From Hyaloraphidium curvatum SAG 235-1 (lineage: Eukaryota > Fungi > Monoblepharomycota): a stretch of 64,000 nucleotides of DNA. Location: the NCBI GenBank assembly GCA_025558095.1, contig JAIVFI010000020.1, positions 124,001-188,000 on the forward strand, in the 5' to 3' direction. The notes under the pieces are model-generated. The model saw only the letters and a list, made by a program, of their open reading frames with translations, made no database searches and was not told the origin of the DNA. Of this stretch, positions 11,640 through 24,435 are shown piece after piece (the stretch's first letter is position 1; every line of letters starts with the position of its first letter). Made by a program: the position numbers and the translations under genes.

Positions 11640-13584
11640 ATGGACGGCGCCCCGGGGCCCGGCGTGCCGCCGCACGGCCTCAAGCCGCTCGCGGTGCCGC
11701 GGCACAAGCCGCGCCGGTCGGCGGGCGTCGCGGCGCAGTCGGCCACGCTCCACAACCCGCCGCCGGCGGAGGGCGACGCGCGGCGCCGCTCGGCCGAGGC
11801 ATCGCGCGGCGCCGGCGCAGGCAGCACTTCGGCGACCCATGTCCGCCGCTCGTCGCACCTCGCGGAGCCGCACGTCGTGCAGACGTCGGCCGCCCGCGTG
11901 TCGCCGACGTCGCCGGTCGCCCACCGCGCCGGCTACACCGCCGCCGAGGAGGCGTACTACCCGCCAGCCAGCCCCGCGCACGCAGCAACCCCCGTCTCGG
12001 CTGCCGACGCCGCCCCGCACAGGCCCGTCAGCATCTTCACGCGGCTGCAGGCGCTGGTGGCCGGCGCGGGCAGGGTGCAGCCCATCTCGCCGACCTCGGG
12101 GCCGCAGTCGTCGACGCCGTCCAAGCCGTCGGCACTGGCCAAATGGCCCGCCGTCGCCGTGGTGTCGGAGGACTGGAGCACGGGCAGGGCGTCGGGCGTG
12201 GACTGGAAGGACTCCGCGGTAGCGGGGCCGGACAAGATGGACGACGAGGACGACAAGGCCTCCAAGCCCTCGTCGCCGTCCATGATCATGCTGCAGCAGA
12301 AGCAGCGGTGCGGATCGTGGTCGGCCACGCGCATCTGGGGACTGGTCATTCTCCTGCTCGGTGGGCTTGAATCCGCCCCCAGACGGAAAGGACTCACGCC
12401 CTCCCGCAGCCGTCATCACCGTGCTGGTCATCGTCATTGTTCCCACCGTGGTCGTCGTCAAGCAGACCCAAGATGCCGGCCTGGTGGCCCAGGAGTTCGA
12501 TGCCCCGGTCGAGCAGTACGAGACCTACGCGGTCACGTCGTCCTCGACCTCGTCGACCACCTCGCGGACAACCAGCCGGACGGCGACGCCCACAAAGACG
12601 AGGACGCGGACCACCACCGCCACCACCGTCCGTATCCTGGCTGCAGTGCCTTGTCGACGTGCCCCGAACTAACCTAAATCCGCTTTCCTCCGCAGACGCA
12701 GACCACGACGACGACAACCCGGCGCCTGCCGGACGCCTGGGATCCCCTGCCCTGGACGGACCCCCTCGGCCCCGCCAACGTCGTCAACCGCTGCGTGGAA
12801 CCCGGAATGTTTGCGCTCACCTTCGACGACGGTGGGATGCGGCGCGGCCGAAGAGCTGGGTTTCGAGGATGCTGACAGCCGTCTGCCTCCAGGTCCGATG
12901 GACTGGACCAACATCCTGTTGGACCAGCTGGCGCAGGAGGGCGTGACTGCGACCTTCTTCGTTGGTACCTCGTCCTGCCGTTCCTCGCATCCCGCTCACC
13001 CGCACCCAGATCAACGGCCGCAACTTCGGCGACATCCGGATGCAGCCCTACATGTCCATGGTGGACCGCATGACCTCCGAGGGCCACGTTGTCGCCAGCC
13101 ACACCTGGGGCCACCGCACCCTCCGGGGGCTAAGCGAGGACGACATACGGTGGCAGATGAACAACCTCGACAACGCGACGGTAACTCGCCCCTTCCCCCG
13201 CGCCTCTCTCGTCCGGAAGATCTGACGCGTGCGCGGCAGTTCTACCAGTACGGCTTCCGCCCGCGCTACATGCGGCCCCCCTCGGGCCGGTACGACGACT
13301 CGGTCCGCCGCGTGCTCGGCGAGCTGGGCTACCGCGACATGGTCCTCTGGACCGTGGACCCGGAGGACTGGTCCACCCCGCAGGACCCCGAGGGCACCTT
13401 CCGGCGGTACGCCGGCATCATGCAGGGCTTCGACCCCGCGCGGGACGGCATCATCCTGCTGCTGCACGACGTGCACGAGTCGACGGCGCGGACGCTGGCG
13501 AGGAGGGTGGTCAGGCATGCCAAGGACAACGGGTGGAGGTTCGTGACGATGGATGCGTGCTTGGGGCAGTGGGGGCAGGCGTAG
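11640..13584 (+). CDS. Polysaccharide/chitin deacetylase (CE4), copy 2, same topology
   Basis: CVEPGMFALTFDD|GP, HTWGH, MRPPSG, WTVDPEDW, ILLLHD; TM segment IWGLVILLL|AVITVLVIVIVPTVVVV. Confidence 0.88.
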
Positions 13585-13837
13585 TGAGTCTTGTCGCGCG
13601 GTTCGGTTTCCGAAGGCTTCCTGATGCCGTCCGTGCAGCCGCGAGAGGCCGGTAAAGGACTATTACGCTCCATGAGCACAATGTTTCGTTTCATGTAGGG
13701 CGAGCGGCGCGGCGGCGAGGGACTCTGACGGACAACATGTATCTCTTTCCACATCCGCGGACGGCGGCAAGGCAGATACCCCGAAATAGACGCCTGGGCG
13801 ATCCTGACACCATACACTCCAACCCCGCCGCGCGTCT

Positions 13838-15862
13838 CTAGTTCTTCAGGGCAACCTTGAAGTCCGCCCCCGTCGTCGCCCGCACGTCCTCGACCGTGCT
13901 CCCGGGCATCAGCTCGACGAGGGTGAGGCCCTCCTTGGGGTCCACGTCGAACACGCACTGTCGGTCCGGGGAGTGAGTCGGCAATGACCGCAACGGCCGT
14001 GTCAAAGACGCACCTTCTCCGTGATGATCCGCGAGACGCACTTGGTGCCCGTGAGGGGCAGCGTGCACTTTTTCAGGATCTTGGGCTTGTCCTGGACGTG
14101 GTCGGGGTCTGTTAGCATGTCCGGCGGCTTGAGATCGCCGAGGCCACATACCCCTTTCGCGGTGTGCTCCATCGTCACGACGACCCTCGTCTTTTCCGGG
14201 CTCGACACGAGGTCCATCGCGCCGCCCATGCCCTTGACCATCTTGCCGGGAATGATCCAGTTGGCCAGGTCCCCGTGCTCCGACACCTCCATGGCCCCCA
14301 GCACGGTCAGCTGCACCTTGCCGCCGCGGATCATGGCGAAGCTCTGGTCGCTCGAAAACACCGACGACAGGGGGAGCAGCGTCACGGTCTCCTTGCCGGC
14401 GTTGATCAGGTCCGGGTCCTCCTTGCCCTTGACCGGGAACGGCCCGAGGCCGAGGATGCCGTTCTCGGACTGGAGGACGACCTTGGTCCCGGGGGCGATG
14501 TAGTTGGACGCGAGCATGGGCATGCCGATGCCGAGGTTGGCGTAGGTGCCGTCGCTGAACTCGGCGGCCGCGCGGCGGACGATGAGCTCGCGCTTGGCGT
14601 GGTCCGAGCTGGGTTTCTTGGACTTGACGGTGGTCGCGCCCGACGGGTCCGACAGGGTGAGGCGCTGCGCGGGTTGCAAGAATCAGTGCCCTCCCACTCC
14701 CGATTTGTGACCAACACACCTCAATCCGCTTCTCGTAGCTGGGCCCCTTGACCACCCGGTGGACGTAGATCCCGGGCAGGTGGATGTTGTCCGGGTCCAG
14801 CTCCCCGACCTCGACCACCTCCTCCGCCTCGACGATGCACGTCCTCCCGGCCATCCCGCACGCGGGGTTGAAGTTCCTCGCCGCCATCCGGAACACGCAG
14901 TTGCCCTCCTTGTCGGCCTTCCACGCCTTGACGAGGGAAAAGTCGCCCGTGATGGCCTCCTCCATCACGTGGGGCTTGCCGTTGAAGGAGCGGACCTCGC
15001 GGGGGGCGGAGACGATCTTGGGGACGAGGGTGGGTTTGGAGCCCGCGGGAACCGGCTCGTACGAGATGGGGAAGCCGCCTTCGGCGATGACCGTGCCGTA
15101 CGCGGTGGGAGTGTCTGCCAGAGACTCGGACGTCAAGCTTGGTTGATCTCGGCAGCAGTTGGCAGCGACCCACAGAACGCCGGAATTCCGGCACCTCCCG
15201 CCCTCAGCCGCTCTGCGAGGGTACCCTGCGGGGTCAGTTCGACCTCCAGCTCGCCGTGGAGGTACTGCCGCTCGAACTCGGCGTTCTCCCCGACGTAGGA
15301 GGAGATCATTCGGCGGATCTGCTTCTTCTGGAGCAGCCGACCGAGGCCAAAGTCGTCAACGCTGTCGAATCGACGCGTTAGGCGCCCCGAACGATCGGTA
15401 TCTGGCCATCGGACCCACCCAGCGTTGTTCGAGACCACGACGAGGTCCTTCACATCGTCCCGCTTGTTGAGCGCCGCAATCAAATTCTCCGGGATCCCGC
15501 AGAGCCTGTCCAGTGCCGCGGCAATCAGCTTCAAGCGGGGCTGAACCACGGTGGCCCTCCCACCCGAATCCCCCGACAAGAAGCTTCATTCCGCTCTTGA
15601 TGTCAGCCACCGCCTCGTCCGCGGTCTCGTAGATTTTGTCGCTGGGCTTGCGCGCCTGGACGACGCTCGCAAAGAAACGGAAGGCATGGGCCGGGGATGG
15701 GGAGCTGAGCCTCAGCTGAGGTCGCGGGGAGACTCGCGGACGGGGGGAGGAGTGGGGGACGGCCGCGGCGGTGCGGAATCCCCGCGACGCGCACGGAGCG
15801 GCGGCGCAGGGCCGCGCCAGAAGCACGCCAACAGAGGCGCGGGAACGCGTCGGTGCGAGCAT
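13838..15862 (-). CDS. OXCT1: Succinyl-CoA:3-ketoacid CoA transferase (SCOT), mitochondrial, spliced
   Basis: Arg/Ser-rich presequence, LLVGGFG|[69 protein letters not shown]. Confidence 0.96.
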
Positions 15863-16035
15863 GTCGCGTCGCGTCTGGGGCGGGAGACGGGGCGGAAACT
15901 GAAGGCAAGTTTCCGCTGCCTCCTCCCTCCTCACTTGCCACTCTTCGAGCGTGATCGGTTCGGGACTCTGAAGGCCAAAAGCAGTCGAATCAAAGAAAAG
16001 ACACGCGTAAAAGCTGCTATCTCTCGATCTCGCCC

Positions 16036-17644
16036 TCACTTGCCCGCCGCGAGGTAAACATCCTTGATTGGACCCTTCCACCCAACCTTCTCCGCCCTTT
16101 CGATGTAGCTCTTGAGCATGCGCTTGAGCTCCTCGACCGGGCCCGAGTGCTCCCGCGCCTTGCCCTCGTAGTCGATCGACTCGGCCTCCGGCATTACCGC
16201 CTTGGGATCGGACACGGCGCGCCTCAGGAAATCCGCGATCCTGTCCAAGCAGACCTGCGTCTGGACGAGGAACGGGAGCAACTGGAAAACCTGCACGGAA
16301 AGCACGGCCTGTGAGGATGGACGAACGAAGCCGAATCCGCGAAAGTCACCCACGTGGAACTGATCCAGGTAGATGTCCACCTCCACGGGAGCCCCAGTCG
16401 CCATCCTCGGCACGTAGAAAGCGAGGTCCTTGCCAAGAAGCCTGTCCGCGGTGGCGAGGCAGGCGAGCGTGGGCGGCAGGGCCTTGCCGATCGGGTCGGC
16501 GATCGGGGCGAAGGTCGGGTCGTCCAACTTCTTCGAGTAGATCTCCTTGGATCCGGCGTACGACACGGCCACTGAAGAGGAAGTTCGCGAGTCAATTTGT
16601 AATCCAATGCGTGCGAAGGACGGCCATGGCTCACTGGAATCCGTTTGGTCCCCCAAAGTCTTCGGAAGAATGTCAGCGTCGAACTCGTCGCCGAGGTACG
16701 ACGTCGGGCTGCTTCCACTCAGATCGAGCCAAGGACTGCAAACAGCGAATCAGTGCCTTGCCTGCAGAACGTTTCCATCGACATGGGCACCTGATCGCCA
16801 CGATCCCCGCCACCTGTCCGCCGAACTCAGGGTGCTCGCGCAGGTAGACCGCCGCCGCGTGGGCAAGCCCGCCACCGGCCGAATCTCCGGCAATGCAGAT
16901 CTTCTCGGCGGGGACGTCGGAGCAGCGGAGGTGGCGCCACGCGGAGAGCGCGTCGCAAACGGCCGCAGGGTGCGGGTTCTCGGGCGCGAGGCGGTCTGCG
17001 GTGGGAGGAAAGCAAGCGCTACGGATTTGGCCGGTCACGATTAAGTCAGCCGCACAGTCGATCGAGAGGACGCGGATGCCGCGAGCGGCGATTGCGCCCG
17101 TGATCATGCGGTGGCTCTTGGGTGACATCATAACGTAGCCGCCCTGATCAAATGGTCAGAACTACGCGCTTCACGCCAGCGCATGTCTTACTCCGTGCAC
17201 GTAGATGAGCACCGGGAGCTGCTCGTCCCCCTCGCTACCCTTGGGCTCAAGCCACTCGCCGTGCACTTCTCCCTCGGGCTCCTCCTCCCACCCGGGCACC
17301 TTGAAGCGCGCAAACGTGGTCGGAGTCAGCGTGACGTTGTCAGGCACGGGAGCGACCGGAAACTGCTCGGCCATGTGCCTGTGGAAAGCGGGGTCGAGGT
17401 GAGGAACGTCCCGCTCGTCGCGTCAAGAAGCCGCCCCGGACGCAGACGGACCTTATGGCCTTGACGTACACCGCGACGCCGGACTCGGCGCTTAGGCCGG
17501 CCCTGAAGGCTGCGACCGCGGCGGTCTCCTCCTGCGACCAGCTCGCTGGGTGCGGCGCGTCTGTCCGTCAGCGTCGGAGCGCGTCTAATGGCGCGAGCCG
17601 TGCCCACCAGGAACCTTGGGGAGACCGGCAGTTTGCGTCGCCAT
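16036..17644 (-). CDS. HSL-family alpha/beta-hydrolase esterase, spliced
   Basis: LIYVHG|GGYV, YRLAPENPHPAAVCDA, IAGDSAGGGL, DRLL; start position approximate. Confidence 0.85.
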
Positions 17645-18155
17645 GTTGCGCTCTTGATGTAGCGGTTGATTTCGGCACGATGGGCGAAACGGGAACGGGA
17701 TAGCGGGGGACAGAACAGGACAGGACAGTCGGACAGTCGACGCAAGCGGGCAGTCGGTGACTCGACGACCGAAAGCCCGCCGGCAAAAGCACGCTTCGCC
17801 GGTCATCATTTCCATTCCAGCGAAGATAAGTGAACACTCAGCGAGTTTCAGGATCAAAGTCTCCGGGGAGCTGGAGGAATGGCGGAGTCCTAATATAGGC
17901 TCCTCGATGCCTCCTTCCGATGAACGGTGGAAACGTCTAAGCCGCCTCCAGGTGGTAAGCCGCGCCGGAATGGCAGGCATTGGAGGTCAAGGGTGCTGAT
18001 TGGTAAGAGCTCAATGTATTGTGGGCGGAAACGTGTTGGTTTGTTTTGCGTGGGCGACGGCGCGATAAAAGGCGACAGTTCGGACTGACACCACGCGGCG
18101 GAGTTCCGGGATCCTGCGCGGCGATGTTGATCTTGGTCCATTCATCAGGAGAACT

Positions 18156-19513
18156 TCACGACGAGCTTGCCCATGTTCTGCGCGCCTTGGAAAAGCGACG
18201 CAAAGTGCTCCGGCACCCGCTCGAACCTACGCACGGTGCGGCATCAGCCCCAGAAACATCCCCCGTACGGCGGTGAACCCACCCCTCGACGACCGTCTGC
18301 CTCGCCACCAGCTTCCCCTCCCTCATCCACGCCGTCAGCTTCCCCCTCGCCTCCCCGAACCTGTCCGCGTAGTCCGGCAAAAGGAACCCCTCCATCCTCG
18401 CCCTCCTCGTGACCATCGCCGTCGTATCGAGCGGGTATGAAGGATCCGCTGCGTTGTAAACCGACGCGGCGCCGCACAGCGCTATGCGGGCGCGGTTGGC
18501 GACGATGGGGAGGACGGCGGCCAAGACGGGGCCGCCGGTGTTGTCGAAGAACAGGTCGATACCGTCCGGGGCGAGGGAGAGGAGGGCGGAGCGGAGGGAG
18601 GGGACAGGTTGGCGGTGCGTGAGGGCGTGGTCGGCGCCGATGGTGAGGAGCCAGTCGCTGCGGATCGGGGGGCGTCAGCAGCTTCACCAGCTCAGGCAAA
18701 GGTCGTACCATTTCTCCTTAGAGCCCGATCGCTGCCGATTCTTCAAGATCTGCACGGCCACACAGCCCGTGCCACCTGCAGCCTGTTGATGTGCGGTTGC
18801 GATCAACTGCCCATGCATCCCGAAAGCGCCGGAAAACCCCACCGCAGACACGACCGCGACCTCCCCCGCCTTGGCCTTGAGTATGTCCGTGACCCCGAAG
18901 TAAGCAGTCATGCCCGAATTCACCAGCATCTGCAGCGCCGTCCCGTCGTCCACCCCGTCCGGCACCCGATCGCCCTCGGCCGGAGACACGACGCCGTGCT
19001 CCTTCCAGCCGAGCCTGCACGAGATCCTATCGCCCGGCGCGAAGGAGGGGTGGCGCGAGGCGAGCACGCGGGCGACGCAGGAGCCGGGGACGGGGGAGCC
19101 GAGGGGGGTGGGGGGGAGGTAGCCCCGGATGTTGGGGTCTGCGAGGTTCCGGCAACATCACTCGGCGAGGGAGCGTGAAATGGAGAACGAATGGCTCACT
19201 CATGGCGACCAGGCGCACTGCGAATGGGAAGTCGTGGGAGACATCGCGTCAGAAGGCGATACTCCGACCAACCGGGCATTCCGGAGACTCACTGCCGGCA
19301 TCAAGGGCCAACATAAGATTCTGCACGAGCACCTCGCCGTCCTTTGGTGATGGGAGTTGGCCATGTGGTCGCGGTGGAACGAGTCCGGGGCGTGACCACC
19401 TTCAGCGCGGGCAGGGGCGCCGTCTCGAGCCTAAACGTCCCGACGTCGACCATGGCGGCCGGGTACTCTGCAATCACCCATTGACGCGTCTCGGTCGGCA
19501 GCTTGTCACCCAT
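18156..19513 (-). CDS. NADP-dependent oxidoreductase (prostaglandin reductase/CurA-like MDR), spliced
   Basis: TRQWVIAEYP, GMTAYFGV, GEVAVVSA|AAGGTG, GIDLFFDNTGGPVL, RIALCGAAS, RARMEGF, QNMGKLVV. Confidence 0.85.
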
Positions 19514-19583
19514 ACTGGCAAGGACGAGACTGCGTGCGCGCGTGGCGTCGATCACCCGGCCTTGTTTACGTCGCCACATCGTC

Positions 19584-21167
19584 ATGGGCAAGGCGGCGCA
19601 GGAGGCGAAGAAGCGGCGGCGGGAGCGCGAGCTGGGGTTGGGCCCGTACGCCCATGTCCGCGAACCGGTCGCCGTGGCCGCGGAGGACGGCGATGGGGCG
19701 GACGAGGGGAACGGGGCACCTCCGCTTGTCGGACTTCCCGTGTCGGCCGCCGAGCTGGCGACGGCCTCCCGCGTGCTGGCGGCCCTAGCCGGGGCGCAAT
19801 CTCAGCTGCACCCGTCCGCGGCTGCGGCGCGGGAGCTGAAGCCGCTTCGGCGGGCGGTGCACGCCTTTCTCCGCGCCGAGCAGGAGGCCTCGGGCACCGG
19901 CGCCTCGCTCTCCTCGCGGGTTTCTTTGGCGCTGGCGTCGGGCCGGTTTACGGACGCACGGGTGCTGCTCGCCGAAATGGCCATCAGGGGACTGCCGCTC
20001 AAGCTGGGCCAGGTCCAACGCTGGGTCAGGGAGTGTGACGCCGCCGCCACGTCGGCCGAGGCCGACCGGGCAGAGGTGTGGCGCGCCCTCGAGGGCATCT
20101 TGCGGGCCGCCGGGGAGTACGAGCCGCCGAAAGGCAGCCAAAGTGGTGCCTGGAAACGCGCAACGGACGGAGAGCACGACCCGGGGCAATCGTCGGACGA
20201 GTACGGCCCCGGCGCACCGGTCTTTCGGCACCGCCCCTGGACCGTTGGCGATCCGTCGCCTCTCCAATTGTGGGCGCAGCGCGAAACCGGCACCCTCTTC
20301 GCCCCAGACGAGCTCCAAGCCCTCCGTGCCCCCTTCCGGGACGTCCTCACGACGCCCGGCCCGCAACGGCAACCCCCGAATCTGCACCCCGCCGTCGTCT
20401 GGGCCTCCGAACCCGGCAGCATCCCTCTTACCGCTTCGGCACCCGTGACGCGGCACGACCACCCATCCGTGCCGGGCTGCTTCCTCCTCCGCGACCTGCT
20501 CGACATCGAGGACTGCCGCACCATCCTCCGCCATGCCGAGGCGGTTGGCTACCTCCCCGACCAGCCGCAGGCCAACAAAGACTCGATCCTCGCGCACAAC
20601 TTCATCTGGCTCGCCGACCCGGCGTTCATGTCTGCGCTCTTTTCGCGCGCGCGCGAACTGCTGCCGCAGGAGACGGACGGGGGCCGGCTGCGGGGGATCA
20701 ACCCGCGGTTCCGGTGCTACCGGTACGTTCCCGGCGCGGTGTACAGGCCGCACATCGACGGCGCGTGGCCCGAGAGCGGGCTGGATGGGGAGGGGAACTA
20801 TGTCTACGACGTCAACGGGGCGAAAGGCGAGGCGGTGTGGAGCAGGCTCACCTTGTGGGTCCTCCTGTTCGCCTCATCCTCGCAATCCCTCTTGCTCACA
20901 TTCCCCGCGCGTACCAGCCTGATCTACCTTAACGACGACTTTTCCGGCGGCTGCACGACCTTCTTCCTGCCCCGTCCCGGAGGCGGCCTCGACGCCTTCC
21001 CCGTGCGCCCGCGCGCCGGATGCGCGCTCGTGTTCCCGCACGGGGAGGCGAGGGGGAGCCTGCTTCACGAGGGGTCGGGGGTCGAGGAGGGCGGGAAGTT
21101 CGTGATCAGGACGGAGGTGCTGTACGAGGTCGGAAGGAAGGCGGGGGAGGGGACGGGGATGTTCTGA
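19584..21167 (+). CDS. 2OG-Fe(II) oxygenase (prolyl-4-hydroxylase-like) with conserved fungal N-terminal domain
   Basis: KLGQVQRWVRECD, GINPRFRCYRY, YRPHIDGAW, LIYLNDDFSGGCTTF, FPHG..LLHEGS, KFVIRTEVLY; one in-frame intron near 20855-20917. Confidence 0.88.
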   Translation: MGKAAQEAKKRRRERELGLGPYAHVREPVAVAAEDGDGADEGNGAPPLVGLPVSAAELATASRVLAALAGAQSQLHPSAAAARELKPLRRAVHAFLRAEQEASGTGASLSSRVSLALASGRFTDARVLLAEMAIRGLPLKLGQVQRWVRECDAAATSAEADRAEVWRALEGILRAAGEYEPPKGSQSGAWKRATDGEHDPGQSSDEYGPGAPVFRHRPWTVGDPSPLQLWAQRETGTLFAPDELQALRAPFRDVLTTPGPQRQPPNLHPAVVWASEPGSIPLTASAPVTRHDHPSVPGCFLLRDLLDIEDCRTILRHAEAVGYLPDQPQANKDSILAHNFIWLADPAFMSALFSRARELLPQETDGGRLRGINPRFRCYRYVPGAVYRPHIDGAWPESGLDGEGNYVYDVNGAKGEAVWSRLTLWVLLFASSSQSLLLTFPARTSLIYLNDDFSGGCTTFFLPRPGGGLDAFPVRPRAGCALVFPHGEARGSLLHEGSGVEEGGKFVIRTEVLYEVGRKAGEGTGMF

Positions 21168-21387
21168 CGTCGGCCTGGATCACTTACTGTTCTTCCTGGT
21201 GTGATTCTGGAATTCATGGTGCTCTGCGGATTCTCCACGCATCGCGCACCGATCGTCGCAGCTGCGAAGGCGATTGCGGGAACGCCTGCCAGGCGTTGAG
21301 TCAGAGGCGAAACAAAACAACAAACGTCCCGCCGCCACACCGGCAGTTCCAAGGCGAGCATCGCCGCCTAGAAGGTCCGCCGCCGCG

Positions 21388-23041
21388 ATGTCGACGCCGA
21401 CATCGAAGCGCCCCGCCTCGGGATCCCCCTCGGCGTCGGCTAAGAAGCAGAAGCAAAAGGCCGCCGACATCCCGCCCGTCGAGATCCGAGCGCTATATTC
21501 CGCCGACTCGCCCGTCGTCGCGGCCCTGGGCGAGGCTTTCCGCGGCCACAAGGACCACAAGGACGAGGAATCGGGGGCCTTCGTCGTCGGCGCGCCCTTC
21601 CCCGTCTGCGTTCTCGACGGGCCGTTCGACGACGGCTTCCTCCGCACCGTCAAGGAGGAGCTCGAGGACCAGGAATGGGTGCCCAAGTCCAACGACCTCT
21701 ACGAATTCGTGCAGACCAAGATGGACCTCGGCCGCGCCGACACCCCCGCCATCTCGGCCCTGCGCACGGCGCTGTACTCCCCCGAGTTCCGCGCGCTCGT
21801 GGGGGCCGTCACGGGCCTGGAATTCAACGACACTACCGACCTCTCCTCGCACCGGTACCCGCCCAACGGGTACCTGGCGTGCCACGACGACGACATCGCG
21901 GACGACGCGGGCAACGGCCGCCGCGTGGCGTTCATCCTGTACCTGGTCCCCGAGGGATGGGACCACGAGCACGGCGGGCGGTTGGAGCTGTTCGATACGG
22001 ACGGGGACGGGCAGCCCAAGGAGGTCGGGGCGCGGATCATCCCGCGGTTCGGCCGGTTCGCGTTTTTCGAGACCACGCCGACGTCGTACCACCAGGTGTC
22101 CGAGAACCTGGCCAACATGGACCGGTGGTCCATCAGCGGTTCGTGATCCGGCTTCTCGGCGGGATCTTTGTCATGGAGCTCACCTGATCCGCGATCCAGG
22201 TTGGCTCCACGGCCCGCGGCCAAAGGTCACGCCTCCCAAGCAGCCATCCGCGATCCAGAACCCCGAGCTCTCCCTGCACGACCGCCCCGCGGGCGAGCTG
22301 GCCGACTGGATCAACAAGGAGTACCTGACGGAGAAGCTGGCCGAGGAGATTTCGGACCAGTTCGTCAAGGCGTCAGAGGCCGACCTGCGCCGCTGCCTTG
22401 TGCCGGAAAAGTACGCCGCCGTGGCCAAGCAGCTCGAGGAGGCGTCGTGGGAGGACGTTGGGCCGGCCAACCGCCGGCGGTACGCGATCCTCAGGGACCC
22501 CATGGCCGACAAGGAGACGCCGCTGGCGAAACTCCTCGACTTCGCCACCTCGGCCAAGTTCGCGGGCTACCTCAACAGGCTGACCAACCTCGACCTGGAA
22601 TCCGTCCGCGTCGAGGTGCGCCAGCTCGAGGCCGGGAGCTACACCCTCCTCTCGGACAGCGACGCCGGCGAGCGGCCTACGCTCGACGTGCTCCTCACCT
22701 TCTTCGAGAAGCCCGACGGCACGTGGCCCGAGGAGTGGGGCGGGGAGCACCACTACGTGGCGGGGGAGGACGACCTGCTGGTGGTGTTCCCGTACGACAA
22801 TGCGCTCAGCATGGTGTACCGCGAGGCGGGCGTCATGCGCTTCGTCAAGATGGTCAACCACCAGTGCGAATTTGCCCGGAGGGAGATCGTGCTCACCTTC
22901 GCGGAAAAGGAGCGCGAGCCGGGCGAGAGCGGCAGCGAGGAAGAGGGAGACGAGGATGCGGGCGAAGAAAGCCCGAGCGACGAGGACATCGACGAAGGCG
23001 ACGCGCTCGAGATGGAAGACGAGGACGAGGACGATGTATGA
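21388..23041 (+). CDS. TPA1: Prolyl 3-hydroxylase OGFOD1/Tpa1 (uS12 hydroxylase)
   Basis: KSNDLYEFVQT, YLACHDDDI, RRVAFILYLV, GGRLELF, SYHQV, RWSISG|WLHGP, a second inactive oxygenase domain, and an acidic tail. Confidence 0.9.
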
Positions 23042-23106
23042 GATGTCATGGAGAATCGATTCAAGTTCAACCGTGCCAGAAAGAAGCCATTGTCTGCGGG
23101 TCTGTC

Positions 23107-24278
23107 TCATCCGTCCAACTCCATGTCCCCTTCATCCTCCTCGCTCTCGTCGCTATCGTCGCGCCGCGCCGCCCGACCGGAATCCACGTCCATGGGTTGC
23201 GGTCCTTTCCCGGGACCGCGCGCGGCGCGCCAGTTCCTGACGAAGGCGCCAACGCGCTTCGCAAACTCTTCCTGGGTTCCGGAAAGGACGCCAAGCTCCT
23301 TGATGCAGTCTATGGCGCAGAGCGTATCCGAAACCGAGGGCGAAGTGATCCAGAGCTGACCATTGAGGCCGATGGCGACGTCAAAGGTCATGTGCTGTCC
23401 TAGCGAGGGCAGGAGAGGGTGACTCGGTGCCAGCATCCTAAAAGAGAATCGTCAGGAACGCGCTTAGCATCCACCGAGAAAGAAACCCACTTTCTGCAGA
23501 TGCCGGCGGGTATCTTCGCGACCGTGCCCCCCTTCAGCTCCCCGAAACCTTCCGCGCGGCCGCTAGGTCCCAAACACTCCACTTCGCCCTCACCGGCTCC
23601 GATGCGGGTCACGCGCGCGTACACCAGATCGCCCGGTTTAAGCTCCGGTTTGTTCCTCTTTGTCGCGTTTTCGAAAGCCAGGTACGGGAGCAGCAGCGGC
23701 GGCGCGAGGGGCGCGTACGAGCAGAGGTACGCTTCAGCACCATACGGCGCACGGGCCAGCACCATGAGCACGACCGGGTCGCCAACGCTGGGCTTGTAGG
23801 CCCGCGTGGCGACGCGCTCGATGTGCCACCTCTCCGTGGGCACCTTCCCGCCCTTGGCCTTCTCCATGCCCGTGGACCGGTACAGGATGCCGGCCTGCAC
23901 ACATGTGGGCGTCGAACCGTTGAGCACGATGCCGGGTCCGAGCTTGAGCACCGTCGGCGGCTCCGGCAGGGGAAGCGGCACGACCGCGGGCGGAATCACC
24001 GGTCCGACGGCCACGGGACCCGTCGATCGCGGCTTGGCCGGCGCGTCCTGTTTTGCCTGATCGTCCTTCGCGTCCTTCTTTGGCTGGGCGTGCTTCCCGG
24101 CCCCTTTCGCGGCATCTTTGGCCGCAGGCGCGTCGCGCTCGTCGGGAAGCTTGGGCTTCACAAATCCCGGCGATGGCGACGCGGGGGCGCCGGCCGGCGG
24201 TTTGAGTCCCGGCGGAGGCTTTGCCGCGGTGGCCGGCAGCGGCGAGGCGGGTTTCCGCTTCTGCGGAGAGGGTTTCAT
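23107..24278 (-). CDS. RRP40: Exosome complex subunit RRP40 with extended low-complexity N-terminus
   Basis: KLGPG, YKPSVGDPV, LAFENATKRNKPELKPGDLVYARV, AEGFGELKGG, FDVAIGLNGQLWI. Confidence 0.93.
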
Positions 24279-24435
24279 GTTAGTGGGCAGCGTCGCTCTG
24301 TTTACCGAGCTGTGCGGTTGCCGTCATCCCCCGGTCGTCCCCCACGCTCAGAGGGCACCTGCGCTCGAATAGCTCCGGCAACCACGGCAGCTGACGCGTT
24401 TTCTTCTTCGCATCGCCGCCCGAGGATCCGCGGTC

